Notes under the pieces: model-generated
Databases searched by the model: none
Seen by the model: the letters and a program-made list of their open reading frames with translations, nothing else
What the model was told of the DNA's origin: nothing
Translations under genes and position numbers: made by a program
Shown: positions 1 to 14,344 of the stretch, in pieces
How the letters are laid out: the number at the start of each line of letters is the position of its first letter
Position numbering within the stretch: position 1 is the stretch's first letter
NCBI GenBank assembly: GCA_012295275.1
Contig: CM022668.1
Span: 10,354,001-10,418,000, forward strand
DNA length: 64,000 bases
Direction of reading: 5' to 3'
Source: Chrysomallon squamiferum
Lineage: Eukaryota; Animalia; Mollusca

Positions 1-619
1 TGATTACTACTGTGATTATATTAATTACTGTCACCTGAAGATTATGAGATACATTAACGAAAGCTACTATATTAATTAAAAGCAATATTAGCCAGCACAA
101 AACACTTTAAAATTGCTTTATCATTCTGCAATCTTTACACACACTGATAAAATACGATACAGTGATAGCTTCAGAAACTAATTCCCATCTGCTTTGTCAT
201 ACAAAACACTTCTGAGTCAGTAAACTTAATTCAACTAATGAACTTAGTACTTTTATTAAATTGTATTTACTCAGTGGTTTGTATGTATGTATATAATTAA
301 ATATCTATGTCTGCGTGTGACAAATTACCTAATATGTATTCAGCCTTGAAATATATATGTAATCTCTCTGTCAATCGCTCTATCTATTCAATATTTATCT
401 ATCTATTTACCTATCTATAAACATATATGTATGCATTTATCTATGTATAAATGTATAATTTTAGTATGTACATATATATGTAAGTATGTGTCTATGTTTC
501 TATGCATGTATATGTAGATAGATAGATAGATTATACGTATATATATATATATATATATATAGATTTTACTCGTTATGTTTTACCACGTTTTGAAAGTTAT
601 CTAGTTTTATTTTATTTCT

Positions 620-1463
620 TGCCTATAAGATAACTACCATCGCCATATCTGACCGCTTCCTGTATGCACGACGTCTGTAAACTCGACATCTTCCATCAGC
701 TCGACGAAGCAGAAATCGAGCCTCGTCACTAAACCAGACAGTTATCCATCGTAACTGAGGCCAGACTCTGTGCACTTGACACCACTGAAGTCGTAGTGGA
801 CGATGTTGTTGAGTCAAAACAATCTTCTTACAGGCCGTCTGGCTCGAATACCTGCCTCACGTAAACGATTGCACACTGAGCCGATATTCTGAAGCAGTAG
901 AGGTTGCAATCGTGGTTCTTTCCCGTAGATGAAGTACCCGAATGTAGCGGTCCTGGGCCCTGGTGGTTACACGTGGTCTAACTGATCTGGGACGGTCACG
1001 TGTTATTTGGTGTTGCTGTAACCGATACCACAATCTCAAGATGGTGTTTGTGGATACATGGAACACCCGGGCTACGGCCGAGAAGGATTCGTCAGCTTGT
1101 AATCGGCCGATGGCGTTGTTTCGTTGCGGTTGACTCTGTCGTGGCATTTGTTTGATGTTTGTCAGAACAAAAATAACGAACAGAAGTATTCGACAACCTT
1201 GCATTTTTATAACCCTCGTATTCAAGTTTCATGAACCGCACGTGCACATGCACTGGTAACGTGGTTTGCATGCGGGGACGTTGTGGCTAATAAACTCGAT
1301 CATAGCCTTTATTTTGTGTTACCTGCTTTTTGGCGACTGTAACAAAAACTATACGTTTGAATCACCAAATGTCATTATATTCATAGTTTGTACATCAATA
1401 TGAGTCAGTCTACAATAGTTATCTAAGAAATCAACCATTTTGCTTTTCTTTTTTGGGAGAGTA
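620..1463 (-). mobile_element. Decayed, 3'-truncated Tc1/mariner DNA transposon in intron 1 of G0
   Basis: Frameshifted transposase pieces on the minus strand: MPRQSQPQRNNAIGRLQA...RDRPRSVRPRVTTRAQDRYIR (paired-like HTH region plus GRPR-like motif, ATG at 1147) and WITVWFSDEARFLLRRADGRCRVYRR (first catalytic D, FSDE motif). The right end reads TA-TACTCTCCCAAAAAAAG on the minus strand, TIR-like. No partner end found. Confidence 0.85.
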
Positions 1464-1627
1464 TATATATGTATATATATCCAACATCTAGAAATATTAC
1501 ACAAAACTCACTTGAAGTAAGTCAAATAAAATTAAACAGACTATCCAAAGAAGAAGAACAACAACAACCACAAAAATTATAATACATTTTTTTTTAAATA
1601 AAAAAAAACATAAATAAAACAACTCAC

Positions 1628-1702
1628 CTTTTCCTGATACATGTTCAATCTTGAAATAAACGCACAAGGCAGAAAGAAAAAAAAAATCCAGCACTTCAAC
1701 AT
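1628..1702 (-). pseudogene. G0: signal-peptide exon 1 of the next array member, which continues off the left edge; 1-nt frameshift
   Basis: ATG TTG AAG TGC TGG ... LSALCVYFKIEHVSGK G|gtgag, homologous to exon 1 of the other copies. It is 75 nt versus 76 nt in G4, one base short in the A10 run at 1677-1686 (real lesion or homopolymer error). The intron at 1-300 resembles the G4 intron at ~48550-48800. Confidence 0.7.
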
Positions 1703-1735
1703 TTTGTCTGTTCTGAAACAACGAAATCTGTGCAC

Positions 1736-1766
<31 letters not shown>

Positions 1767-2011
1767 GTTCTTTATCTCTCACTACAGAGTTATGTGAACT
1801 AACAACAAATCATAAAACACACGTCCTTCAACGGGTAGTTATAAATACACTTACTAGAGGTGTGTTCTGAACATGTATTCGAGTGTTTCTTTTAAATGTG
1901 TCAAGCTGTAATCATAAGTGTAAAATAAATGTTATCAAACAAGTTAACCAGGAAGATGTTTTTATCTTTATGCAGGAGCGTATCCTGGATTCTGAAGTGG
2001 GTACCAAATGT

Positions 2012-2015
<4 letters not shown>

Positions 2016-2088
<73 letters not shown>

Positions 2089-2112
2089 ATATATATATAT
2101 ATATATATATAT
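2016..2112. repeat. (CT)n plus (AT)n microsatellite, representative of many
   Basis: Other tracts: (GA)n ~2887-2956, 14941-15036, 24567-24723, 26232-26402, 32773-32918, 40415-40499; (CT)n ~39369-39648; (GATA/GGAT)n ~3850-3985 and ~41414-41512. Confidence 0.97.
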
Positions 2113-2857
2113 CAACAGACACGACGGACACACATATCAATCAAAAGAGAAACATACAAACACATATGAACAGTTTGTACGTACACACAAACACGCAGAC
2201 TTACAGATTTCTAGTATGTACACGTATGTAATATATTTTCACCAGATTTATTTCATAAGTAGCCTTTATCATTGACAAACATTATAAGAACTAAATAAAA
2301 AAATAAAATAAGGGTCTTTGGGTTTAATAATCGTTTAACTAATGTAATCTAAAGTATTGCCTTTTGTTGTGAATACCTCTGTAACGACTGATGAATATGT
2401 ATTTAACTAAGCTTTAAAAATACGAATTGGCTCTGAATGTTTATATTATTTAAAAATATTAATTTTATATTTATTTTCTAGGGATTCAAGTTGACCATTG
2501 TAATGTATATTACGATCTGCCCCTACAAGTGTTTGAAAATCGTTCTACATATGTTATCGCTGACACAGAGTAATGACTTACAATGCAACGTTCGCTAAGC
2601 TAATTGTGATAAGAAATTAGTATTACGAGTGTTTGTACGGTGACACTGTTGTGTATCTACACACAGATAAAGAAGAGTGGACGTTATTTTCAACCATAAA
2701 AAACAAAACAAAATAATTTTTTTAAATAATACTTTCTTTTTTCTTTTACTTTATTTTGATTTTTAAGTATAAATCAGGTCAATTTCATTTTTGTTTTTTC
2801 ATAGATAATATGAACTTTTAAACTATATCACATAATATGCAAATATGCATGCATGCG

Positions 2858-2959
<102 letters not shown>

Positions 2960-3562
2960 GAGAAAAAAAAATGGTGAGGCAAACAAAAGAAATATAATTT
3001 TATCTTTAGGTGGGTGTTTATATATCGATTGTTAAATATTTACAACAGACTGAACATTGTTACAAGAATAGCTCAGTTAAATACAATGGAATAACAACGT
3101 AATATTTAAATACACAAATAACACGAGAATAGCGCAACACGTAAAACTATAAATAAAACTAAAATAAGGGGAAGCACTTAATTAGCCCCCAAAACTCGAT
3201 ATTAACGTAACATTTAAACACAAAATTAACACGAGAATAACATAATATTAAATACAGATTACATCTTTATTTGTACAAAGGTAAAAGAAAGAATACTTAA
3301 TCTAACTGATTACACAGATGAATGTAAACTATGTGCACATTTTGACACGAAATCTGGACTTCACAGTAAAACACACTAAAATGCATATAAACTCGCATTA
3401 ACACTGACAATTGTATTGCTGTTATCTTTTCAAACGTGTTACGTGAATGTTCTACGTTCCACTTGAGTTTTTCGTACTCGTTCATTTGAACAGTTTGACT
3501 GCTATTAACGTAATCATTTCTAGTCGTGTTTCTCTCCAACTGATCACGTGACGATGTGTGAC

Positions 3563-3858
3563 TTAAGATAACTTGAAATCGTAAGCATAACCGGTGTAAG
3601 CACCAGGTTCAGTCAGAGTTTCCTCATTTCTTTCTTCGTGTTCCGAGTTTTGATCAGTTCTCTCGTGGTTTGTCGTCACGTCATTTATCTTCCGTGTAGT
3701 TCTGTTTATACACCTGGTAAACAAAAAAAAACACCAAATAAAACTCACATACATTCATTCGTTGAATCTTTAGTTTTCCTTCTATTTTATACGCCTAATT
3801 TATGAGTGTTTATATTTGTATGCTTCTATGCATGTGTCTGTGTGTGTGTATAGATAGG

Positions 3859-3931
<73 letters not shown>

Positions 3932-4267
3932 GGATGGATAGATGGTTGGATGGATGGATGGATGGATGGATGGACAGATAGATAGAGAGATCCAGAGAGA
4001 GATAAATAGATAGATAGGTAGTTAGATAGAGAGATTATGTATGTGTGTGTGTGTTTGTCAGTTTCTGTGTGTGTATGAGCTCACTGAATATTTGTTCTAG
4101 ATTTTGTCTCTTATTTCTGTGTACGTTATATCAAAGTATTTAAGTGTTTATATGTTATGTTTCTGTGCATGTTTATTACACTGGTATACGAGTGAGTGTG
4201 TATCTATGTTAATTTTAGTAATGTGTGTCTGTACTCAAACACACATATACATATTAAAGTTACATGA

Positions 4268-4299
<32 letters not shown>

Positions 4300-4333
4300 G
4301 TATGTATGTATGCCTGTAGGTTTGAATGTATTG

Positions 4334-4390
<57 letters not shown>

Positions 4391-4879
4391 TTGAATCTTT
4401 TCTTGTTTTCTCTTTATTTATGGTATATCTACATGTGTATGTATGCATGCATGTACGTTTATGTGTGTGTATCTGTATGTGTGCGTATGTGTATATGTAT
4501 GTAACTGTCTGTGAGAGACTGATAATAATTCCTACCAAAAAGTGACTGAGGCGAAGATGACAGCTGATACAACGAGTACAACAGAAATGACCATGATAGT
4601 CACATCTTTACTGACTCCTGGTGAAGTGACTTCTATGTGAAACAAAATAAATGATAAAAATGAATTAAGAAATGATAGAGAAGAAAGAACGGAAAGAGAA
4701 AACCACTATATTTTTTGTTTTGTGTATTATTTTAAATAAGAGGTAAAGGAAAACCCGTATAAAAGTGTGTATGTGTCTGAATGTCTGTGTGTGAGTACGT
4801 CCACATGTATGTACAACTGTTTGTTCAAATGAACCTACAGTCAGTTTTAGGTAAGGCTGTTAAGTTATGTTTTTTATCT

Positions 4880-4911
<32 letters not shown>

Positions 4912-4919
4912 TGATATAT

Positions 4920-4958
<39 letters not shown>

Positions 4959-7900
4959 TGATATATTTATTTATGAACTGGTGATTATGATTTAAGTCAT
5001 ACTTTGAATTATAGTGATAGTTATCTTTCTTGAAGCATATTGCACGATTCAAAATACATTGCTAAACTAACTGTAATGAGAAAAACAGATCTGGAACCAA
5101 ACTTTCATGAAAGAAAAGAATACCACGCATAAAATAAATACTAGTAAATAAAAAATTTTAAAGTTAATAAACCATAAAAATAAATAAATAATAAACACAC
5201 AAATAAATATATGAAAAGTAAATAAACTCATTTTGAAGCATATTTGATAACAGATAAAATAACGAGGCATGAGGTATTAAGTAATCCAAACTTGGTCGTG
5301 TATTTTAGTATATCTAAATGTGGCTGTAAATATTGTGTATGTTACATTAACACTTCTCATCTTCCGCACAAACATTTCATGCAGTGCATTAATATGTTTA
5401 AATTTGGCTACAAATGTTGTATTCATCATATTAACATATGTAAGCTTCAGTACAAACTATTCCTGCAGTACATTAATATATTTAAAGTTGGCTATAAATA
5501 TTGTACGACACTGACATACGTATATATAGATATTTCAGTACAAACCTTGCGTGCAGGTTTCGCCTTCCCAGCCTGACAAACATCCACCAACACAGAGTCC
5601 ACTTTGATGATGACAGTTTTCAGAAATCAGACAATGTCTGTCTTCACATTTCTTTAAGCACTGTTCTCCGTAAGTACCCTGATTACACTCTGAAAAATAT
5701 CAGTTTTAACTTTAGCACTGGTACAAACTCACTGATATTCCATGGAAGAAAATTTGTTAAAGTAAATTAGGGTACATATTCTTACAGGCTGAGAGACAGA
5801 ATGAAATCACAAAGTTTTAGAAAATGTATACCACTGTAAAAGAAAAAATGTAACAGCAAAATATAATGAATTACGTCGCTATTAACAGTGACAGCTACAT
5901 AAGAAAGCTGATAATAACAGTAGCAGCTCTGGTACTTGTAAAGAGTAATGGTAATGTTGTTTCTAGGACTAGCAGTATGAGTTACATTAGCAAATGTTTT
6001 TGTTGTAGTGGTTGTAGTGGTAGTACTATAATATATTGAATGTATTGCGTGCGTGTTAAGAAAATCTATAATTCAGTTAAGAACAGAAAAATAACAGCTC
6101 AGCATAATTTTATGTTTGTTTGTTTGTTTTACTTTCTGTGCATGAGTCACTTCTCCAGCCAGGTAAACATTCTCCTTCGCAAGATCCTGTCACGTGATCA
6201 CAAGGTGCATGTGTATTTTTACACTTTCTGCTGCTGCAGTTGTAAACACAGTTTGGTCCAAACATCCCATCACAACCTGAAGTAGATTAATTTATTTCTT
6301 GTACAGCAATACTTCTGTTTCAAATTACATTATTAATATAACCTAGAGTGTCCACTTGCTTTGAATTGTTTTAACACCAGGACTTTAACTGTGAAGACTG
6401 AAATGTAGGAATGATTTCTTCTGTTCATAACACGTACAGACGTAATTACATTTCTGTCTACATTTCTACCCATCTGCCCATCAAGTTAACTAGAAGCCAC
6501 ATAATTATATATATACATACAGACATTAAATCAAATAAACAAAGAAATACCTACACAGATCCTGCAAACATATATAAATACACATACATAAACCGATATA
6601 TGCACGTACATAACTTCATTATATACATAATTTTCCTGAAAACTTAGTCTAGCAACAATGTAATTTATACAGATGTGTTGTTATTCTTCAGTAACTGATA
6701 TTAATTCACCAGTCCTGTAATAAAAGAATAGTTAAAACATGACTCACGTTCATTACAACTTGGATTTTTCCATCCTGGTTGACAACCATTTTGACATTTT
6801 CCATTGTGAACATTACACTTAGAGTTGTTATCTTTACAATGTCTTTCACTACACTTGTACTCACAGTTAGGTCCATACGTGTCATGTCTACATTCTGCAT
6901 AAAAAAAAGGAATCATTTAAAATAATTGTTATTGTTATTGATGTGTTGACGTACTAGTATTGTATCTCAACATGTGCTAGCCTGTTGTTGTTATTTGACG
7001 GTCCGTCTATTTATATCTCTACCTATCTCTTAGCTATATCTTTGTCTGTGTGTCTGTCAGTCTGTCTTCGCAGGTTTCTCCTCATCAGAGGGACAAATAA
7101 TAAAACGTTTTTTGAAAATATTTACAGTTTTTTTTCTCATCCACCACCCGCAATAAACATAAATCGTTGTGGCCAGGCGTTGCTATAGCAATCACCCAGG
7201 CTTTCTCCAACAAAACAATTTTAAACATATTGAGATCACTGGTGGATGTAAATAAGACATAATTGTCTCTTCATAAAACACATATAAAGCATATTTCACA
7301 AAATACTGCATTTCAAACCCAAATAGAGCTCCGATTTTTTACCTCTAACATCTCATAAGATGCAGTGTTTATGAAACATACGTATGCTCGGACTGATGTT
7401 GAATGATTAAATTATTAAAATTATGTACCACATGGTCTGATGGGAAAGCGTTTGGCGACTGCAGTTCGCGGTCGCTTGTGGTTCGACAAAACACAACACT
7501 GTCAGCAAACACCGTGCAGTGCAACAAATGAGCCAAACCATCTTCTAAAAACATCGTATAAAACTGCCGTACAATAATAAAATAATCTTGTGGTGATAAT
7601 TACTGATTGTATTACGACACTTACTGACTGTACAGTCTGGTTTTTCCCAACCTGCAAGGCAGCCATCTTTACATGTTCCATTCTCTGTGTCACAGTCCTG
7701 TCTACCTTTACAATGTCTGCCAGCACAAGACATGTTACAGTTGTATCCATACGTGCCACTACAACCTGATAACACAAAAAACAAGACAAGAACGAAACAT
7801 CACTTGTTAAATATATACAATTTATTTTATAACTAATATGATTCTGTGTGTGGATATATGTGAAAGTGTGTTTGAAGTATGTATGCTGAATTTAGGACAA

Positions 7901-9305
7901 AAGATTATTTACAATATAGAAAAAATATCTGTTTTCATGATTTGATTATTTAGACGAGCCAAGTCATTCTTGAAATTTTCACAAGAAATATAAACAAACA
8001 CTATCATCGCTACTTGAATATCAGTATGTGTAAACTATCTAAAGCAATATTACAATAAATGTAAAACTTTTTAAAAAGTGTTTTTCCCTTCAGAACACAG
8101 TTTTCGGAAATGAATAAACCGTCAATTTGACGATAATCCGAACATTATATTTGAGCATACACACACACACACGCACGCACGCACACACACACACACACAC
8201 GCACACACATACCAGAGACTAATAATTACCCACTAGTTCTCTACTTATTATGAACTGAACAGGTTTAAAAAATGGACAGAGTTGTGGTCTTGATACGAAC
8301 AATAAAAATCGTATTTAAAATTAAACTCTGTGATTCTCATTCACGTACCTTCTTTAGCTGCATTTTACAACTAGAAAAATGATCCTTCTAAATAAGTTCC
8401 TCAAATATCTTGTGTACAGTCACAATTGTACCTTTAACGATCTTAGATAAACTTGTACAGCTTACATTAACTGAGTTTAAAGTTATATCACGATGTTTGT
8501 CATTAACTAGTAAACACGTACTGGTTGTACAGTCTGTTGACTCGTATCCTCTTTGACAACCATCAACACAAGTTCCATTCACATGATTACAAGTAAAATC
8601 TCCAAAAGATTTACGTTCTTTACACAGTTTCAAACAGTTTTGTCCTTGCTGATGAGTGGAGTAAAATGTTGTTTTTTTTGTTGTTTTTTTATAAAATAAA
8701 ATTGAGGAGATAAAAGGTAATATGTAAAATATATAAGTAAAATGGACACTTACTGACTGATTGTCCCATCTTTTATAATTAAATACGTTACATTACTGTT
8801 TGCATTTACAATATATGACGTCACCCGAACTGTTTGAATCGTGTTACATGTTGGTAAAAATGGAAACATTTTAATTTCCAATTTCAGGGAAAAAGTTGTT
8901 CGATTCTGAAGATGACAAGAACTACAAGTATACACACGTATAGTATTTCATTTGACCGGTGTGTTCTGATACAATTCTTTATATGAATAACGTACATACA
9001 ACACAGTTATTTTCTTGTTTCTGTTTTTATTATCAGCAGAGTATTTCGGCCGCGGCGGATGATGATGTTGATGGTGATGTCGATGATAGCCTTGATGATT
9101 GCAAAATCTGACAGCAGACAATGAAACACTGAAATATAGATACAAACCTAATTTTGCAAACACTTGTACTTCACAGAAATCCATTGCTGTGTCACCACTG
9201 TTATTTGTTGACTGGTAAAGTGTGACGTATCTCGCTGTGTTATTACATGTTATGTGTTTTATGATTGGATCAGTAGAATTCACTGTATAACACAAACAAG
9301 CATTA
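3563..9305 (-). CDS. GA': 3' part of a short-tailed (A-type) F-type lectin/EGF-repeat transmembrane receptor; 5' part lost in the assembly gap; possibly a pseudogene
   Basis: Exons: lectin exon 2 partial 9305-9157 (or to 9148 using TTAG|gtttgt); 5'-truncated EGF 8644-8522; EGF 7765-7625, 6894-6748, 6276-6133, 5689-5546; TM 4632-4536 (VTIMVISVVLVVSAVIFASVTFW); last exon 3713-3563 ending AYDFKLS*. No in-frame stops seen in these exons. Confidence 0.7.
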
Positions 9306-9505
9306 NNNNNNNNNNNNNNNNNNNNNNNNNNNNNNNNNNNNNNNNNNNNNNNNNNNNNNNNNNNNNNNNNNNNNNNNNNNNNNNNNNNNNNNNNNNNNNN
9401 NNNNNNNNNNNNNNNNNNNNNNNNNNNNNNNNNNNNNNNNNNNNNNNNNNNNNNNNNNNNNNNNNNNNNNNNNNNNNNNNNNNNNNNNNNNNNNNNNNNN
9501 NNNNN
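9306..9505. other. Assembly gap (200 N) joining two different genes
   Basis: The left flank is lectin exon 2 of an A-type gene and the right flank is an EGF exon of a B-type gene. The exon order is inconsistent with a single gene, so the true gap is probably many kb. Confidence 0.9.
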
Positions 9506-12500
9506 CAATCTTCACCACACAACACACCATAGTGACTGGAATCACACACTGAAATACAATTACAAAATTATTATTATAAAACATTTCTAAACTAAGTATC
9601 CATAACAATGATATTAAATTAACCTACCCATTTTCCAACTGCGGACAGATTTTCTTAAACTGAATATCATGATACTATACAGCAAAATAGTTTACCTAGA
9701 TTCTGAATAACATACGGACACACACAAACACACACACACACACACATTTATTTTGAATATTAATATTTATCTATTAATATTTGCTTAATGACTTAAATAA
9801 TTATAACTCTTAACAGTCAATGTCATATTAATAAGCTGTTTTTCATGATTAGTATTTTCTGTATGATACCATTACACGAGGACCCAGTCCAGTTAGTCTC
9901 ACATCCGTCAGAACATTTTCCAGTAGTGTAATTACAGGGATGTGTTTTACAATGACAAAACTCAGTGCAGTGTTCAGCATACGTTCCAGAGTCACACACT
10001 GAAAAGTAAACGTAAATTGTATAATCGTAAGAATTAATACATATTGCTCTTTAATAAATTATTTTAAAAAATATGAAAAGATAACACTTTCTTATAGATG
10101 TTCTTGTGTCACATATTTAAAATGAAGTTAAACAAAACGACTGAAAAATAATAAAGAAATAGGATTATAATAACGATTCCGATGATAGTGATGATGATGT
10201 GTGTGTGTGTGTGCGTGCGTGCTAGCATACGTATGCAAATGAATCTACATATTTATGTGTGTGTACGAGTGGTTCTAAATGTGTCTACTAAATGTTTATA
10301 CATGTCCTTTCAAAGTCTACATACCAAAAATTTGAACTTCACAAAAGTCCATTGAAAAGTCGCCTTTGTTTCTGTAAAGTGTGATGTATCTAGCATTCTG
10401 ATTACAGGTCAGATGTGTTATATTTGGACTGTGTATATCTGTTTTACCACACAAGTGTCCTTTGTTTATCTGGTTTGACTCCTTAGAGCTGTAGAGTTCA
10501 ACACCATCTCTGCGATCAGTGACTAAAAAGTAATAAAAATATGTATATCTCTCTATCTATATCTGTATCTAAACACACACACAATTTTGTAAACATACAT
10601 GCATATAGACATGTACACTAATTAATCAATTAAAAACAACTGCAACAATACAGCAATCGACACGTTGGCATTATGTTAAATATAGATTCCAAAGAAGCCG
10701 TTATAAGAAATAACGAAATAAGTGGTCACTATGGAATCCGAAAATAAGATATGACAGCAGAATTATCTAAACTTTAATGTAACATTTTGTTCCTATTTTC
10801 ATGTACAAATAATTTGATCTGTGCATGTGTTTCTATGTTTCCTTCCTTGAAGAACATAATTAAAATAGTAAAGTATATATTTATTTTCTTTGTGTATTGT
10901 TTTTATACACCTTATTTATTTAAAGACAACTAAAATGAGTAAATGATATAAAAATGAGTGTTATTATTATTATATATAAAACATTTACACAACAGCTACT
11001 ACTACAACTACCACGACAACTATTATTACTATTATGATGATATTAAGCTCCTTTCTTTAGAACGTATCTAAAATCAAGACTAGTAAAAAGTATAAAATAA
11101 TTTATGAAGGTAAGTAGAGATAACGGAAACTTACATCCAGTTCTGAAGTAAATGATTACTTCATGTATGAAATAAAAATCTCCCAGGTCTACCTCCCACC
11201 AGCTGGGTTGGTTACTGACATCTGTTAGAATACAGTAAAAATCAGTAGCCCTGGTGTCACCATCTACTGCCAGTGAAGAATTTCGATACAGGGTTGAATA
11301 ATAGGAACTTTGTGTGGTCTTCTTACCAAACGCAGTGTTTTCTAGAATAAATAATTTAATTAATTAATTAATAAAACTAAGTTATAATGATTCACATATG
11401 TTACTACTACTACTACTACTACTGCTACTACTACTACTAATACTACTACTTTTACTACTACTAGTACTACTACTACTAGTACTACTGCTACTACTACTGG
11501 TTCTTCTACAACAGTTACTACTATTGGTACTGATTTTACTAGAATTACTAGATCCTGTAACATAATATATATTACACTTACTAAAACACAAGCTATACAC
11601 ACTCATACACATAAACACACACACAGACACATAAACACACACACATACACACATACACTCATATGGAAATAAATTAAGCAACACAAGTTCACGGACCTAT
11701 AATTCTGTAATGATTTATTGATATATAGCATCTGGCTGAATAGCAGGACTTTCTTGGAGATATTTAATGTACGTGCAAACACAAACATTGCACGTTAAAT
11801 GTCATACCCTGAACAGTCTTGAAATCTGGTTTATAATGATTACATTATCATATTCTCTCCTGTCAACTTGGATTGAATATTCAGTACTATAACTGTCACT
11901 CTATACTGTAAATTGTCAGAGGCTACAAGGTATCACAGTATTGGCATCAGAAATGCGGGAATGTTTCTCTGACAAACTGGACATCTACTTGGGCGCAGTA
12001 TTCCCATCCTTTCCAGACATTTGAACAAACACAGGGCTGTCGTTCAAATGACTCAATCGCATCTTTAAAACAACAGTGGTTACCATGGGGAGCAATTTAC
12101 AGGTTAGGGGGTAGAAGACCTATCAACGTATAAAACTGTTCCCAGATCATAAAGCCGTGAGATTTGCCTGGTTTCATCAAACTGTTCATTGGAACATTGC
12201 ATCAAGACAAAGGGTTCACTTTTCCGATGAGACTGTTTCTTCCTGTGTAATGTGGATAGTTGTACACGTGTCGGGAGACGAAGGATAACAGCTATGGCTT
12301 CCCACAGTGTCCAAGATACAGTTTTGTTTTGGTGAGATCTGTCATGGTGTGGATATGTATTTAGATGGGTTGGAATATGGAGCTTATCACCATTTGTGAA
12401 GCTTAAGTGGGCCTTGGTACCAACAGCAGATCCTTCATAAAGTTGTTATTCCTCATTTTCATAATCATCCTTTAGCCACAAGACTCATCTTCACGCACGA

Positions 12501-13179
12501 CAATGCCAGGCTCACGTACATCGTGCTGTCAGTCAGTTATTGCAATAGAAAGCCTGTCCACAGACAACGAAACCCATCTGTCCACAGACAAAGAAACCCA
12601 CCTGTCCAAAGACAAAGAAACCCACCTGTCCACAGACAAAGAAACCCACCTGTCCAGGCGCTTAATGAATTAAGGATTAGGACAGTACTCCAACATGATT
12701 CCTCAAAATCAGTTCAAGAGATTTATCCAAGGAATGAAGAAGAATTTTCAAGCAGTTACACGAGATACTGATGGAAAGTCAATATTATTAACTTCCCAGA
12801 TGTCTGTGTGGCATTGATAGTTAAATCAATGCAACAACAGTGAAATTCGCAACGTTTTTGAATTAAATGACATCATTTTCTAAATCTGTAGCATCTTGAA
12901 ATAAATCGCATTATCTCATGATATTATTGCTTATGTTTCTCCTCATATCGCATGAACGTTTCATTTGGTATAGAAATCTTTGAGAAATTTCATGCACCAT
13001 GTATGTACGTATGTGGCTTTGTGTATGTATGTAGGTATTTATATATGTGTGTCTCTATAGGTATGTATATATGTATGTATGTATGTATTTATGCACACAC
13101 ACACACATACATACATATATAATATATACACTCACATTAAATATACATGCATATATAGATAGATGTGTTTCTGTGTGTG

Positions 13180-13217
<38 letters not shown>

Positions 13218-14304
13218 AACATAAATATATACATATATATGTTTGTATGTATGTATGTATGTATATATATATATATATATACACACACACATACACACAC
13301 TTACACATACATATGCACATTCAAAAAGAGTACATGCACACTGAAAAACATACATGAAAATTATGAAGTTTAAATATACTAACCAACTGTGCATTTTGGA
13401 CCTGACCAACCGCTTTTGCAAGAATTGGGGCCGCCATTACATCCTGTGACGTCATCACAATTATTAATATCACAGTGACACGTGTAGTTACAGTTCAGTC
13501 CATAGGTCCCTTGTGTACAGTCACCTAGCAACACAGTGAGAGATCAGTAATAACAACAGAAGTGTAATAAATGTCACTGGAAGATGTCTAAAAATATACA
13601 CTAAATTAATCTTGATAATCGACAGTTAAAAACATGATGATAAAGAAACAAACAAACAACTAAATACATCGAAGTAGAAACAAAAATAAATTAGTTTTTT
13701 TTTCTTTAACAAAACACCTAATATGTTCCTAGTTTGGCTTATTAAAATAATTTCCGGCGAAGATAGATAATGTCGTCTTTGTTTAACGTGAAAGTCGTTT
13801 ATCTGTTAAGCTGTGTTTCATTAGATGCATTCGTTTTGTACAATTTTTGTATGTATTGAGATTATCTAGTCTCTATGTATGTATGTATGTATCAATGTAT
13901 AGATGTATGTATGTATGTATGTATCAATGTATAGATGTATGTATGTATGTACGTATGTATGTATGTATGTATGTTTGTATACGTTAAAAAGCATTTCTCA
14001 ATAACCGAGAATAGTCATGGCTACGTTTTTCGTTACTTTTGCATGCAATTTATTAATATTAATAAATTAAGAGTGAAATATTAATTACAGTTAGATTGTA
14101 CTATATAATATTTCGTAACGTTTTCATTCTGTTTAGCTATATATCTCTATGTCTATATACACTCTCACAAACAGACATATATTTGTATATCTAAATATGT
14201 GTATTTGTGTGTCTGTGTGTGTGTGTGAAATTACCTGACACGTTTTCAGTCAAGAAATAAACGCACAACGCAGAAAGAAACAAGTAAATCCAACACTTCA
14301 ACAT
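9506..14304 (-). CDS. G1: 5' part of a B-type F-type lectin/EGF receptor gene, truncated by the gap
   Basis: Exons: signal peptide 14304-14235 (MLKCWIYLFLSALCVYFLTENVSG); EGF 13524-13384; lectin 11341-11135 (NTAFGKKTTQSS...LAVDG...CILT...WWEVDLG) and 10522-10325 (...ARYITLYRN...MDFCEVQIF); EGF 9998-9870; EGF 9548 to the gap. All GT-AG, phase 1, no stops. Confidence 0.88.
11692..13002 (+). mobile_element. Decayed Tc1/mariner element inserted in G1 intron 2
   Basis: Remnant transposase motifs VHFSDE (~12214), VMVWICI (~12342) and FTHDNAR (~12490) in broken frames. The insertion is absent from the homologous G2 intron (~22490). Boundaries are approximate. Confidence 0.75.
12553..12657. repeat. 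24-bp tandem repeat, about 4 copies, inside the Tc1 remnant
   Basis: Unit CCTGTCCACAGACAAAGAAACCCA, giving the PVHRQRNP repeats in ORF 12523..12771. Confidence 0.9.
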
Positions 14305-14336
14305 GTTTTGTGTTCTGAAACAACAAAATCTGTTAA

Positions 14337-14344
14337 CTTTTATA
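14337..14344 (-). promoter_or_regulatory. Putative TATA box of G1 (equivalents at 23537-23544 for G2 and 39103-39110 for G3)
   Basis: TATAAAAG on the minus strand ~40 nt upstream of the ATG. In G1 and G2 an Inr-like TCAG follows at about +28. Conserved in G1, G2 and G3, altered in G0 and G4. Confidence 0.4.

Noticed and set aside
1883-2275. Repeated ORF start MFLLNVSSCNHKCKINVIKQ (also at 39243)
   Set aside because: Part of the duplicated upstream region, starts at GTG, runs into a microsatellite, and the frame is not kept in more diverged copies.
11382-11684. Ser-rich or Val-rich ORFs (also 22243-22567 and 48180-48560) as mucin or TM exons
   Set aside because: They are (ACT)n-derived intronic repeats just upstream of real acceptors and differ freely between paralogs.
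3563-14304. One gene with two lectin domains spanning the gap
   Set aside because: An EGF exon is cut mid-way on one side and a lectin exon mid-way on the other; 200 N cannot hold the missing exons, and the left part matches G4, a separate gene type.
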